A stretch of 64,000 bases of DNA from Lachnospiraceae bacterium (GTDB taxonomy: Bacteria; Bacillota; Clostridia; Lachnospirales; Lachnospiraceae), in assembly GCA_028693165.1 (NCBI GenBank), contig JAQUVX010000025.1:271-64270 (forward strand), given 5' to 3'. Made by a program: the position numbers and the translations under genes. The first letter of the stretch is position 1. Each line of letters begins with the position of its first letter. This document shows, piece by piece, positions 1 through 9,696 of this stretch. The notes beneath the pieces were generated by a model that saw only the letters and a program-made list of their open reading frames with translations, was not told the origin of the DNA and searched no databases.

Positions 1-2
1 CG

Positions 3-542
3 GTGTCGGCGACGATGCTGTCTTTATTTGGATGTACGCAGCAGCAGGTAGATGAAGAGCAGGTTATGACCTGGGCGATGCCACAGGGGCTTTTGGTGGT
101 AAACGAGGCGAAGTGTACCGGATGCCAGCGCTGTGAGATTAACTGTACCCTGAACAACGATGGAGTGTGTTCCACTTACATTTCCCGCGTGAAGGTGGGA
201 AGAAACTTACATATGCACGGCAAGGATGGTATGCTGAACGGAAACTTTACCTATTTCCCGGATACCTGCCGCCAGTGTCAGGACCCGGCTTGCGGCAATG
301 CATGTCCGCAGGGGGCGATTTATGCCAATGAGCAGGGAATCAAGATGGTGGATCAGGACAAGTGTGTGGGCTGCGGCGCCTGTGTCGAGGCATGTCCGTG
401 GCATATGCCGACTGTGAATCCGGAGACGAAAAAGTCCAGCAAGTGTATCGCGTGTGGTGCCTGCGTAGCCGGCTGCCCGAGTGGTGCGCTGTCGATCATC
501 CCATGGGATGCAGTGACGTCAGCAGCACAGGAAATCGTATAA
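3..542 (+). CDS. 4Fe-4S polyferredoxin-type electron-transfer subunit; the 5' end is cut by the window edge
   Basis: The ORF has four ferredoxin-type Cys clusters (CTGCQRCEINC, CRQCQDPACGNAC, CVGCGACVEAC, CIACGACVAGC). It ends about 15 nt before the AOR-family gene, with AGGAGGA in the gap. Confidence 0.85.
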   Translation: MSATMLSLFGCTQQQVDEEQVMTWAMPQGLLVVNEAKCTGCQRCEINCTLNNDGVCSTYISRVKVGRNLHMHGKDGMLNGNFTYFPDTCRQCQDPACGNACPQGAIYANEQGIKMVDQDKCVGCGACVEACPWHMPTVNPETKKSSKCIACGACVAGCPSGALSIIPWDAVTSAAQEIV

Positions 543-557
543 GGAGGAAAGATCAGT

Positions 558-2684
558 ATGGCTACATATGGATGGGCTGGTCAGATTTTAAGAATTAATC
601 TGACAACCGGAGCAATCACAACAGAAGACGATTCACATTTACAGAAATATATCGGTGGTATGGGTATGGGGTACCGCATCCTTTACGATGAGGTTCCGAT
701 GAACACACCGCCGCGCGATGAGGCATCCAAGTTTTTCATGGGCGTAGGCCCGCTGACCGGTGCGGGGGTTCCCTGTTCCGGACGCATGAACATCACCTTC
801 TTGTCTTCCTGGAGCAAGGGACATTCGATTCTGGACGCGCATATGGGCGGACATATCGGACCGCAGCTGAAGTATGCGGGCTATGACGGTGTAATCGTGG
901 AAGGCAAGTCTGCAACACCGGTTTATATCAAGATCGATGATGACAAGGTCTCCATCGAGGATGCTTCCGCAGTATGGGGCAAGGGAACCTTCGAGGCCAA
1001 CAAGATGCTGACCGAGGCATGCGGACGTGATTTCGAGACCGCAGCGATCGGACCGGCAGGGGAACATCAGGTAAATTATTCTACGCTGAATACGTCCTTC
1101 GGCAACTCCGCAGGTGCCGGTATCGGTGCACTGATGGGTTCGAAGAACCTGAAAGGTATCGCGATCCGCGGAACCGGTTCCGTGAAGATTGCGGACGTGA
1201 CAGAGCTGAAACGTCTGAACGATTATATGCTGAAGGATCTGATCGGCGCAAACAACAACCACAACGTACCGGCCGTACCGCAGAGCTGGGCAGAGTATTC
1301 CGCAGTCGGCGGCAAGAACCGCTGGTCCGGCGCTCCTGGAAGAAGATGGGAGAAGGCCGAGGGCGGCCCGATCGATATGGGCGAGCAGCCATGCGGCGAT
1401 ATCAACAAGATTGCTTACCGTACCTTGAAGGGTGTCTTTGACTACGGCGAGGTTGCATCCAAGTATATCGTGAAGCAGGGCGGATGCTCCTCCTGTCCGA
1501 TCCGCTGCTACACCGAGTATGACATGGACCCGCTGGCTGATTATGATCTGCCGACCGCGACGTCCAACACCTGTATGCCGGTGCTGTATGCAGATTATTT
1601 TTACCCGGACGGCATTAAGGATTTCGTAGATCAGGGCGATGCAAAGGTAATTTTAAATGGTGCAGGTTCCCACGCACAGGACGATCTTGGCGTGTGGTGC
1701 AACTACGGCAACTTATACCGTGAGTTTAACTGGCTGTGCAAGAGTGAAAAGATCAAGGAAGTTCTGCCGGAAGCAGAGTACAACAGTATCCCATGGGAGT
1801 GGGAGAGAAATTGTGATCCGCGTTTCGTCGTAGAGATCATGCGCCGGATTGCCTACAAGGAAGGCGAGCTGGCAACGCTTGGCGAAGGAACCATTGCCGT
1901 TCAGGAAAAATGGAATCTTGGTCAGGAATGGATGGACATGGTGGCCGGCAACAACCAGAACATCACGTACAATGGTTATCCGAAGCACCACGGCCCGGAG
2001 GACAGCGCCCAGATCGGTATGCTGTTCAACCTGATGTACAACCGTGACTGCATGATTCACCACCTTGTCAATATTACCGGTTCCGGTGCGCCGTATGAAG
2101 TATCCAAGAAGGTTATGGAAGGCTTCTTCGGCGAAGGCTGCTACGACAACAAGAAAGCGTATACTCCGATGAACCGCAACAAAGCGAAAGTCGCGAAGTG
2201 GGCCTTCAACGGCAAGCAGTTCCACGACAGCGGAACGGTATGTAACTGGATGTGGCCGATGACCCAGTCTCCGTCGAAAGAACGCGGCTATGCAGGCGAT
2301 CTGAATCTGGAAGCCGATTTCATGAAGGCAGTGACCGGTGTCGATTACACCCGTGAGAGCCTGGAGTTTGACAGTGAGCGCATTTCCCAGATGCTGCGTG
2401 TCATGACTGCGATTTCCTTCCACAATGAGTTCGGTGCGACGGAGCTTCGCAATACACATGATGCGATTCCGGCATGGGTATTTGAAAAAGAGCCTGATTT
2501 CCAGGCATTCCAGGAAGGTACGATCAAGCTGGATCGCGCGGACATGGAACTGGCGAAGGATATGTTTTATGAAGAGATGGGCTGGGATGTTGCAACGGGT
2601 ATTCCGACCAGAGCAACCTTGGAGAAATTTGACTTAAAGGATATGGCAGATGATCTTGAGAAGAGAGGCATCCTGCCGGCATAA
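558..2684 (+). CDS. Aldehyde:ferredoxin oxidoreductase (AOR) family W/Mo-pterin enzyme, long YdhV-like form
   Basis: 708-aa ORF. The N-terminus MATYGWAGQILRINLTTG is typical of AOR-family proteins, and CSSCPIRC is a CxxCxxxC cluster-ligand motif. It is flanked by a ferredoxin subunit and moeA. Confidence 0.85.
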   Translation: MATYGWAGQILRINLTTGAITTEDDSHLQKYIGGMGMGYRILYDEVPMNTPPRDEASKFFMGVGPLTGAGVPCSGRMNITFLSSWSKGHSILDAHMGGHIGPQLKYAGYDGVIVEGKSATPVYIKIDDDKVSIEDASAVWGKGTFEANKMLTEACGRDFETAAIGPAGEHQVNYSTLNTSFGNSAGAGIGALMGSKNLKGIAIRGTGSVKIADVTELKRLNDYMLKDLIGANNNHNVPAVPQSWAEYSAVGGKNRWSGAPGRRWEKAEGGPIDMGEQPCGDINKIAYRTLKGVFDYGEVASKYIVKQGGCSSCPIRCYTEYDMDPLADYDLPTATSNTCMPVLYADYFYPDGIKDFVDQGDAKVILNGAGSHAQDDLGVWCNYGNLYREFNWLCKSEKIKEVLPEAEYNSIPWEWERNCDPRFVVEIMRRIAYKEGELATLGEGTIAVQEKWNLGQEWMDMVAGNNQNITYNGYPKHHGPEDSAQIGMLFNLMYNRDCMIHHLVNITGSGAPYEVSKKVMEGFFGEGCYDNKKAYTPMNRNKAKVAKWAFNGKQFHDSGTVCNWMWPMTQSPSKERGYAGDLNLEADFMKAVTGVDYTRESLEFDSERISQMLRVMTAISFHNEFGATELRNTHDAIPAWVFEKEPDFQAFQEGTIKLDRADMELAKDMFYEEMGWDVATGIPTRATLEKFDLKDMADDLEKRGILPA

Positions 2685-2757
2685 GCTTGATACAGAGATT
2701 ACGGAGATCCCGGCATAGTTATTCATGCCGGGTTTTCCTGTAAGAGAGGAGTCTGTC

Positions 2758-3522
2758 ATGTTATTTGGGAGAAAGAAGCCTGGATTTGTAAAGGAAGAGG
2801 AAGTGCAGGGCGGCGTTATCAAAGAAGGCGCAAGTGCTTCCATCGATAAGGACGGTGTGATCACGGTTCACGATGAGACACAGGACGGCACAGACAAAGA
2901 GGATTTACTTGATTTTTTGGCAGAACAGCCGGATGCAGAGGATCCGTATGCGGGGACGACTGCGCTGGAGGAGGCCATGGAAGCTGCCGAAGAGGCATTG
3001 GAACAGAAAAAGGAAATGACCCGGGCCCAGCAGCTTGCACAGTTTATCCGCAGCCGTTCCCAGGGCGCGCATCTGACAGCCTACCAGATGCTGAAAACTG
3101 AGGATCCGGAGATTGATACACTTCTGGCGGAACTACAGGAGGATGAGACCTGCGGCGATATCGTTTCGGTAAAGGGCAGCCGGGATCACTATTATTATTC
3201 CAATGGCAATATGAGCGACAACTATGCGATGATTGCGATGTATGTGGAGGAGAAGGATCTTGTGGTGACGATCGCACAGATGGTGCGTTTCAACTGTAAA
3301 ACCTATCCGGCACCGACCCCCATGCGCTATTTTGAAAATCACCCTTATTTCTATACGGAAACGCAGATTGAGCGCGCGCTTGATCTGATGAAGGAGCGGG
3401 AAGAATACAAGGATATCCGGCAGATTACCAACAGCGCAGGGGTGCGGTATCTGTTTTCGGATACCTGCATGACGCCGGTGTATGCCAAGGCGCTTTGCGA
3501 ACCGGATGAGTTTACGGATTAA
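2758..3522 (+). CDS. Hypothetical acidic protein inside the AOR/moeA cluster
   Basis: ORF 2725..3522. The internal ATG at 2758 is preceded by GAGGAG. Composition matches the neighbours. No family recognised. Confidence 0.45.
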   Translation: MLFGRKKPGFVKEEEVQGGVIKEGASASIDKDGVITVHDETQDGTDKEDLLDFLAEQPDAEDPYAGTTALEEAMEAAEEALEQKKEMTRAQQLAQFIRSRSQGAHLTAYQMLKTEDPEIDTLLAELQEDETCGDIVSVKGSRDHYYYSNGNMSDNYAMIAMYVEEKDLVVTIAQMVRFNCKTYPAPTPMRYFENHPYFYTETQIERALDLMKEREEYKDIRQITNSAGVRYLFSDTCMTPVYAKALCEPDEFTD

Positions 3523-3574
3523 AGGATAGAATGATAGAAGGATAGAAGGATAGATGGAGAGCGGGGAGGACACC

Positions 3575-4822
3575 ATGGACAGAATTGGAATCGAACTGGA
3601 GGAGGCGGTAAGCCTGATCCTGGAACACACGAAACAGATCGCGGAGACGGAAACGCTGTCGCTTTTTGAGGCGCATGGAAGGATTTTGGCGGAGCCGGTT
3701 CTGGCTGATCATGATAATCCACCTTTTCCGCGTTCTCCGCTGGATGGCTACGCGTTTGCTGCGCGGTTCAGCGTGGGGGCCAGGGCGGATGCACCGGCGG
3801 TGATGCAGGTGGCGGGCTGTATCTATGCGGGGCAATACCGCAGGGAACCGGTTCCGGCAGGCAGTGCTGTGCGCATTATGACCGGTGCACCGATTCCGGA
3901 GGGCTGTGACTGTGTGATCCGTTTAGAGGATGTGGAGGTGCTGCCAAGTCCGGAGGCTCCGGAAGATCTGGCTTCCGGTCGGGTGAAGATTCCGATGGAG
4001 CTTCAGCCCTGGCAGAATTACTGCTTTCAGGGAGAAGATTACAGGCAGGGAACCTTGATGGCGGAAGCACATTCTGTGATCGATTCTGCCACGATGGGAA
4101 TTCTGGCTTCGGTGGGAAGAACCTCCGTCACTGTTTTCCGAAAGCCGAGGGTGGCACTTTTTGTGACCGGAGATGAACTGGCAGAACCGGGACGGCCTCT
4201 GCCGCCCGGAAAGCTGTATGGGTCCAACCTGCATCTGCTCTACGGACGTCTCCTGGAGCTGGGTGCAAAGATCATCAAAGCAGCCACAGTGTCGGATGAT
4301 CCGCAGGCGGTGGCTGCGGAGATTCAAAACGCCCGCGCCGCAGGCGCGGATCTGATTGTCACAACGGGGGGCGTGTCGGTGGGAGATAAGGATATTTTCC
4401 ATCAGGTACTTCCCGTATTGGGCGCAGAGCGCCTGTTCTGGCGGGTGCGGATGAAACCGGGTACACCGGCCATGTTCGCGCTCTATGAAGGGATGCCGAT
4501 GCTTCATCTGTCGGGCAACCCATTTGCGGCGCTTGTAACCTTTGATTTGCTGGCGCGTCCGGCGGTGGAAAAGCTGGGCGGCAATGCGAACCAGGCGCTG
4601 CGACGGATTTCGGCCGTGGTTGACCAGGCATTTTCAAAGGCCAGCGGCCAGCGGCGTCTGATCCGCGGCTTCTGCGAGCAGGGGCATGTATGTGTTCCCT
4701 CCACGGATGCGCATGCTTCCGGGATTCTGGCATCGATGAAAGGGTGTAATTGCCTGATCGATATTCCTGCGGGAACGCCGCCGCTGGCGGCCGGTGACGC
4801 CGTAGAAGTGATACTGCTGTAG
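3575..4822 (+). CDS. moeA: Molybdopterin molybdenum/tungsten transferase MoeA
   Basis: PFPRSPLDGYA and TTGGVSVGDKD motifs are typical of MoeA. The ATG at 3575 follows GGGGAGGA. Confidence 0.9.
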   Translation: MDRIGIELEEAVSLILEHTKQIAETETLSLFEAHGRILAEPVLADHDNPPFPRSPLDGYAFAARFSVGARADAPAVMQVAGCIYAGQYRREPVPAGSAVRIMTGAPIPEGCDCVIRLEDVEVLPSPEAPEDLASGRVKIPMELQPWQNYCFQGEDYRQGTLMAEAHSVIDSATMGILASVGRTSVTVFRKPRVALFVTGDELAEPGRPLPPGKLYGSNLHLLYGRLLELGAKIIKAATVSDDPQAVAAEIQNARAAGADLIVTTGGVSVGDKDIFHQVLPVLGAERLFWRVRMKPGTPAMFALYEGMPMLHLSGNPFAALVTFDLLARPAVEKLGGNANQALRRISAVVDQAFSKASGQRRLIRGFCEQGHVCVPSTDAHASGILASMKGCNCLIDIPAGTPPLAAGDAVEVILL

Positions 4823-4839
4823 GGGGAAGGGAAGCATCC

Positions 4840-5712
4840 ATGAATCAAAAACATCAGGGAATGATCTGTATCATACTTTCAGCGTTCAGCTTTGCGCTGA
4901 TGAATGTGTTTGTTCGCATGGCCGGCGATGTGCCCTCCATGCAGAAAAGTTTTTTTCGAAATCTGCTGTGCTTCTTTTTTGCCCTGGCGATCATGAAAAA
5001 GCAGCATGTGGGGTTTTCTGGAAAGAAAGAAAATATCGGTGCGCTGCTGGCACGTTCGGTGTTTGGTACGATTGGTATTTTGTGCAATTTCTATGCGGTG
5101 GATCACATGGTGCTGGCGGATGCCTCCATGCTGAACAAGATGTCACCTTTTTTTGCGATCCTGTTCAGTTTCCTTCTACTAAAAGAAAAGATTAAGCCGG
5201 TTCAGTTGATTGCGGTGATTGGAGCCTTTCTGGGAAGTCTGCTCATCATCAAGCCGACCGGGATTGGTATGGCACGGATTCCTGCACTGATCGGCCTGTG
5301 CGGCGGATTGGGAGCCGGGGTGGCTTATACGTTTGTCCGTGTTTTGTCCACGCGGGGGGAGAAGGGGCCGTTTATCGTGTGCTTCTTTTCTGGATTTTCG
5401 ACACTGTGCCTGCTTCCGGTCATGCTGGTTTCGTACACGCCGATGAGCGGGAGACAGCTTGCGTGTCTTTTGCTGGCAGGACTTGCGGCCTGCGGCGGTC
5501 AGTTTGGAATCACGGCGGCATATTTCCATGCTCCGGCGCGCGAGATCTCGATCTTTGACTACTCGCAGATTGTTTTTTCGGCGGTGTTCGGTTTCTTTCT
5601 GTTCGGTCAGATTCCGGATGGATACAGCTTTTTGGGATATGTCATCGTGTGCGGCATGGCGCTATGGATGTTTTTCTATCAGCAGCGTGAGGCGAGGAGG
5701 GAATTTAAATGA
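4840..5712 (+). CDS. EamA/DMT superfamily transporter
   Basis: 290-aa protein with roughly ten hydrophobic segments arranged as two halves, the usual EamA layout. Confidence 0.75.
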   Translation: MNQKHQGMICIILSAFSFALMNVFVRMAGDVPSMQKSFFRNLLCFFFALAIMKKQHVGFSGKKENIGALLARSVFGTIGILCNFYAVDHMVLADASMLNKMSPFFAILFSFLLLKEKIKPVQLIAVIGAFLGSLLIIKPTGIGMARIPALIGLCGGLGAGVAYTFVRVLSTRGEKGPFIVCFFSGFSTLCLLPVMLVSYTPMSGRQLACLLLAGLAACGGQFGITAAYFHAPAREISIFDYSQIVFSAVFGFFLFGQIPDGYSFLGYVIVCGMALWMFFYQQREARREFK

Positions 5713-8162
5713 AAAAATATTGGATGGCGGCAGCGGTGGTGACGGCCACAGCGCTTATGATGAGCGGGTGCGGCGGAGCAGCAAAGACCTGGACCGGTAC
5801 GGATTCAGCGGCAGCGGACTTAACGACGTCCGGCGGGACCGATCAGGAGCCGATCGGAGAAGCGGAGCAGGCGGCAGCCGGAGAGCAGCCGGGCAAAGCG
5901 GATCGCGAGAAGGTGGAGGAGCAGCTTGCCATGATTACGTCCTACACCCGCGCCAGCGGAACAAAAGGGGAGAACGAGGCGGCTGAGGCCATTGGTGCTT
6001 ATTTGCAGCAGCTTGGATATGAGACCCGGCTGGACGCTTTTGATCAGAAGGGGATGGGGGATGAGGCCGATGTCAGCGGCAGCAACGTGGTGGCTGTGAA
6101 AAGGGCGGATGCGAATCCCGACAAGGCAGACATCCTTTATATCACAGCCCATCACGATGCCAAGCCTGGGATACAGGGAGCCGAGGACGACGCGGCGGGT
6201 GTGACGGTGCTGCTTGAGACGGCACGGCTGCTGAGTCGGCTTTCCACCGACACAGAGCTGCGCTTCGTGAGCTTTGGCGGGGAGGAACCCGGACGTGTCG
6301 GTTCCCGCTTCCATGTGGAGCAGTTGACCCCGGAGGAGCGAAGCCGTGTGATCGGCGATATCCAGTTGGATGATCTCGGCTATAAGGGCAGCGAGTATTT
6401 GCAGCTTTCCACCGTGGATGGAAAAGCGACCATGCTGGGGGATATGCTTTCGGAACAGGCTCAGAAGACGCGCAATGTGGGCAGAGTGATTCCGTATATC
6501 AAAGAGGGCATGAGTGATCATAATTCGTTTCATACCGGCGGAATGCCAGCAGTGATGCTGGGGCAGGACAGCTTTGCATTTGAAAACCACTCCACGCAGG
6601 ATCAGATCACGATCATCGATCCCGTCAAGCTGGAGCAGACGGCGCAGCTTGTGGCTGATGTGGCGGCTGCCGTCATGTCACAGGAGACAGGCTCTTATCA
6701 GAAGGAGGCTTACGCCGCCTGCCGCGGGCAGATCGCCTATGAGGTACAGCCGGATACGGTCCTTCAGTTTGACATGAATCGAAATTACGTGGAGAATATG
6801 ATGAGCCTGTCCGGGACACTCCTGGAGGAGGGCACCAATGAATACCAGGACAAGGTAGAGACCTGGTCGTATCCGATCATTTGGTTTGGGATGGACGAAC
6901 CGATCGAAACGAAGTTTTATTACCGCAACGATTTTCTGGAGACCATCGAGATTCCGGCACAGGAAGCGCTGGGGGCAGATATCGGGGAGGCGAAGGCATT
7001 TTTAGAGAAGGTGTTTGGCAAGACAGCCATCGAAAATGAGGTGGATGCGGGAATTGCTTATAGCTGGGAGAAGAGTATGTACCATCGGTATGATTCCCTG
7101 GAACCGACGGAGGACGGATCGTATCATCTGCTTGTCATGGGCTACACGAATGTGAGAGAATATCATGAGCCGTACGATCTGAGTCAGGGCTTTGAGGCAC
7201 TGAAACCGGAGAGCGCGGAAGATGAGGCGATGCTTGAGCTGGTCAAGGGGGGCATCGCTCCGGAGGACCGTTCGATGATACAATTCCGGGTGTATACGGA
7301 CGGGATCAATGCCAGCACCGGCGTGACCGGAGGCATCTCGGCGGAGGATAATTCCAGGATGGATTATGCATTGGACTATGCGGATGCTCTGCGCGAGGAT
7401 GGAAGTTTTCGCAATTACAATAAGACGCTGCGCACGGCCGTTCATGAGTATGGTCATGCGATAACGCTGAACCAGACGCAGGTGGACATCACCCGCCAGG
7501 ATGCAGATATGCCGTCCATCATGTATGATCAGGAGACGTATGCAGCGGATTCCTATATGCGGGCTTACTATGAGAAATTCTGGAAGGATCTGGATGTAAA
7601 GAGCGGCGGTGAGCGCTATCAGACGCACCCGGATGAATTTGTTTCGGCGTATGCTTCAACCAACGCTTCGGAGGATATTGCAGAATCGTTCATGCTGTTT
7701 GTCTTGAGCAGCCGGCCGACCGATGACAGCATCGCTTCGGAGAAGATCCGGTTCTTTTATGATTATGCGGAGATGGTGGCACGACGGGATTATATCCGCG
7801 GTAACTTCGGAATCGAGGAGACCAACAGCGATGAGGGGAAGGCTCCAGAGCTGAAAGCGGGAGACTACCGTGTGGCTCTCGACGGCAATCCGACCACCGG
7901 TTATATCTGGGCTTACACCATAGAGACGGAAGGGATTGTGGAGGAGGCCGCGGCGGGCTATTACCGGGACTACCACGCGCGTGATCTGGTTGGAGCAGGG
8001 GGAACCTATGTCTTTGATTTTCGGGGAATGAAGGAAGGGACGACCGAGGTGACTTTTTCCTATCTTCGTCCATGGGAGAGTGTCGAGCCATCGCAGAAGA
8101 AGGTCTATCGTCTGACGGTGGATTCTGCGGGAAATGTGACAGGAGAAGAGTTGCGTTCATAA
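5709..8162 (+). CDS. Lipoprotein combining an M28-type peptidase domain, an HExxH metallopeptidase-like domain and a C-terminal chagasin-type (I42) peptidase inhibitor domain
   Basis: Lipobox MMSGCGG. The N-terminal third is M28-like (ITAHHDA, DDAAGV, GGEEPG). HEYGH lies at about 7443..7457. The C-terminal domain has all three chagasin loops (NPTTGYIW, GAGGTYVF, RPWE). Confidence 0.75.
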   Translation: MKKYWMAAAVVTATALMMSGCGGAAKTWTGTDSAAADLTTSGGTDQEPIGEAEQAAAGEQPGKADREKVEEQLAMITSYTRASGTKGENEAAEAIGAYLQQLGYETRLDAFDQKGMGDEADVSGSNVVAVKRADANPDKADILYITAHHDAKPGIQGAEDDAAGVTVLLETARLLSRLSTDTELRFVSFGGEEPGRVGSRFHVEQLTPEERSRVIGDIQLDDLGYKGSEYLQLSTVDGKATMLGDMLSEQAQKTRNVGRVIPYIKEGMSDHNSFHTGGMPAVMLGQDSFAFENHSTQDQITIIDPVKLEQTAQLVADVAAAVMSQETGSYQKEAYAACRGQIAYEVQPDTVLQFDMNRNYVENMMSLSGTLLEEGTNEYQDKVETWSYPIIWFGMDEPIETKFYYRNDFLETIEIPAQEALGADIGEAKAFLEKVFGKTAIENEVDAGIAYSWEKSMYHRYDSLEPTEDGSYHLLVMGYTNVREYHEPYDLSQGFEALKPESAEDEAMLELVKGGIAPEDRSMIQFRVYTDGINASTGVTGGISAEDNSRMDYALDYADALREDGSFRNYNKTLRTAVHEYGHAITLNQTQVDITRQDADMPSIMYDQETYAADSYMRAYYEKFWKDLDVKSGGERYQTHPDEFVSAYASTNASEDIAESFMLFVLSSRPTDDSIASEKIRFFYDYAEMVARRDYIRGNFGIEETNSDEGKAPELKAGDYRVALDGNPTTGYIWAYTIETEGIVEEAAAGYYRDYHARDLVGAGGTYVFDFRGMKEGTTEVTFSYLRPWESVEPSQKKVYRLTVDSAGNVTGEELRS

Positions 8163-8382
8163 TTTGTTCATAGACAAGATACAGAATTTCTACAAAACAG
8201 CTAAATTTCTTTCATATTTGACCTTTATACTAAAGCTATCAAATGAAAAGCTACCAACTACAATTTGATAAAATTTTTTTCATAATCGCCGGCGATAACA
8301 GAATCGCCGGCTCCTCCCTTTTTATGGGGGCTTTTTTTGATTATGAGAACCTATACAAGCATAGAAGTTCTGCTTTCCTGTT

Positions 8383-9681
8383 TTATTTTAAAACCAACGA
8401 CATAACCGCACTGAACAGCGTCGATGCCAGCAGGCTGGCCGGTACTGCGATAAACAACAGGCGCGGGAACATCGCGTTACGCTCTTCCTCGGTCGGACAG
8501 GAACCCATGATCAGGCTTCCGCCGGAAGAGAACGGGGAGATCGCTGCGGACTGTGCGCCGATGACGATGCAGGCGAACAGGACGATCGGAGCGATGCCGG
8601 TGGAACTTGCCAGAGCAGGAACCAGCGGATAGAGGGCTGGGCATACCACGCCAAGTGTGCTGGAGAAGAAGCTCATAAAGGCGCCTACGATGCTGAATAC
8701 AACCGGAATTGCCCATACCGGGAGACTGGAACCGGCCCAGGAGGAGAGCGCGTCGATGGTGCCGGCGGCGATCGCAACCTGAATCAGCATACCCACTCCG
8801 CAGATCATGAGGATCGTGTTCCAGGGAACCTTTGCGATCACATCCTTCTGTGGTGCCAGATCAAAGAACAGAGCGATCACGGAGAAGAGGATTGCAACCA
8901 GCCCCACATCCATCTTGCTGTTGATGAAGGTGATCACCGAAGCGTGCGGCAGAAGGATATGCAGGATCGGAAAGACCAGTACGAGGGCCATCATGATGAC
9001 GATCAGGTACAGATTCAGCTTCTGTTTCGAGGTAAATGCCTCCGGCTTTTCGAAGCTCACGCCCTTTCCGATATTGCGGTTGGCCTTTGGAATGTAGCGG
9101 AAGGCCGCGATCAAAAGGAAGGAAAACAGGACACTGGCAACAAAGATGGTAGCAGAGAAGCCGAAGGACTGGTCTGCAAATCCCGCCTCGTCCATCAGAC
9201 CGCGGAAGATGATGCCGCTGCCGCTTGTCATGAAATTAGCTCCCGACAGAGCGCCGCAGTTGACGGCGATGGCACCGGCCATCTTATCCATTCTGGCTTC
9301 ATCACAGATCAGAAGGGTGATCGGAGCCATGAAGGCCATGACGGTAAAGAATCCGGCGCCCAGTGCTGCGATGATGGCGGCTGCCAGATAGAGCGCGAAG
9401 GGAAGCAGTCCCGGGAATTTCCGGCAGAAGTACAGCAGATAGCGCGCCGTTTTTTCCAGGGTGCCGTTGACCAGGGCAAAATTGTAGAACAGGGATACGG
9501 CCAGAATGACGAACATCGTGCTGACCGGCCATCCGCCGATGACCTCTTTGGTTTTCATACCCATGGCGAAACAGCCGATCAGGTATGCGAACACGATCGC
9601 GAAAAATCCGGTATTAATCTTGGTCTTGTAGCCGAGTGCGATCGAGATGATAATAGCCGCAACAATCAATAAACTAAGCAT
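8383..9681 (-). CDS. Anion/ion permease, ArsB/NhaD (SLC13-like) superfamily
   Basis: 432-aa polytopic membrane protein whose pattern resembles ArsB/NhaD/CitMHS-type permeases. It lies in an operon with the upstream amidohydrolase gene. Confidence 0.55.
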   Translation of the reverse strand: MLSLLIVAAIIISIALGYKTKINTGFFAIVFAYLIGCFAMGMKTKEVIGGWPVSTMFVILAVSLFYNFALVNGTLEKTARYLLYFCRKFPGLLPFALYLAAAIIAALGAGFFTVMAFMAPITLLICDEARMDKMAGAIAVNCGALSGANFMTSGSGIIFRGLMDEAGFADQSFGFSATIFVASVLFSFLLIAAFRYIPKANRNIGKGVSFEKPEAFTSKQKLNLYLIVIMMALVLVFPILHILLPHASVITFINSKMDVGLVAILFSVIALFFDLAPQKDVIAKVPWNTILMICGVGMLIQVAIAAGTIDALSSWAGSSLPVWAIPVVFSIVGAFMSFFSSTLGVVCPALYPLVPALASSTGIAPIVLFACIVIGAQSAAISPFSSGGSLIMGSCPTEEERNAMFPRLLFIAVPASLLASTLFSAVMSLVLK

Positions 9682-9696
9682 GTGAACCTCCTTTGA

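Noticed and set aside
5459-5986. 175-aa plus-strand ORF spanning the EamA/lipoprotein junction
   Set aside because: It is an alternative frame across two well-supported genes, and its product is Arg/Ser/Gly-rich, as is typical of off-frame G+C-rich sequence.
8243-8632. 129-aa plus-strand ORF in the gap after the lipoprotein gene
   Set aside because: It runs across terminator hairpins and into the 3' end of the convergent permease gene. It has no RBS and odd composition.
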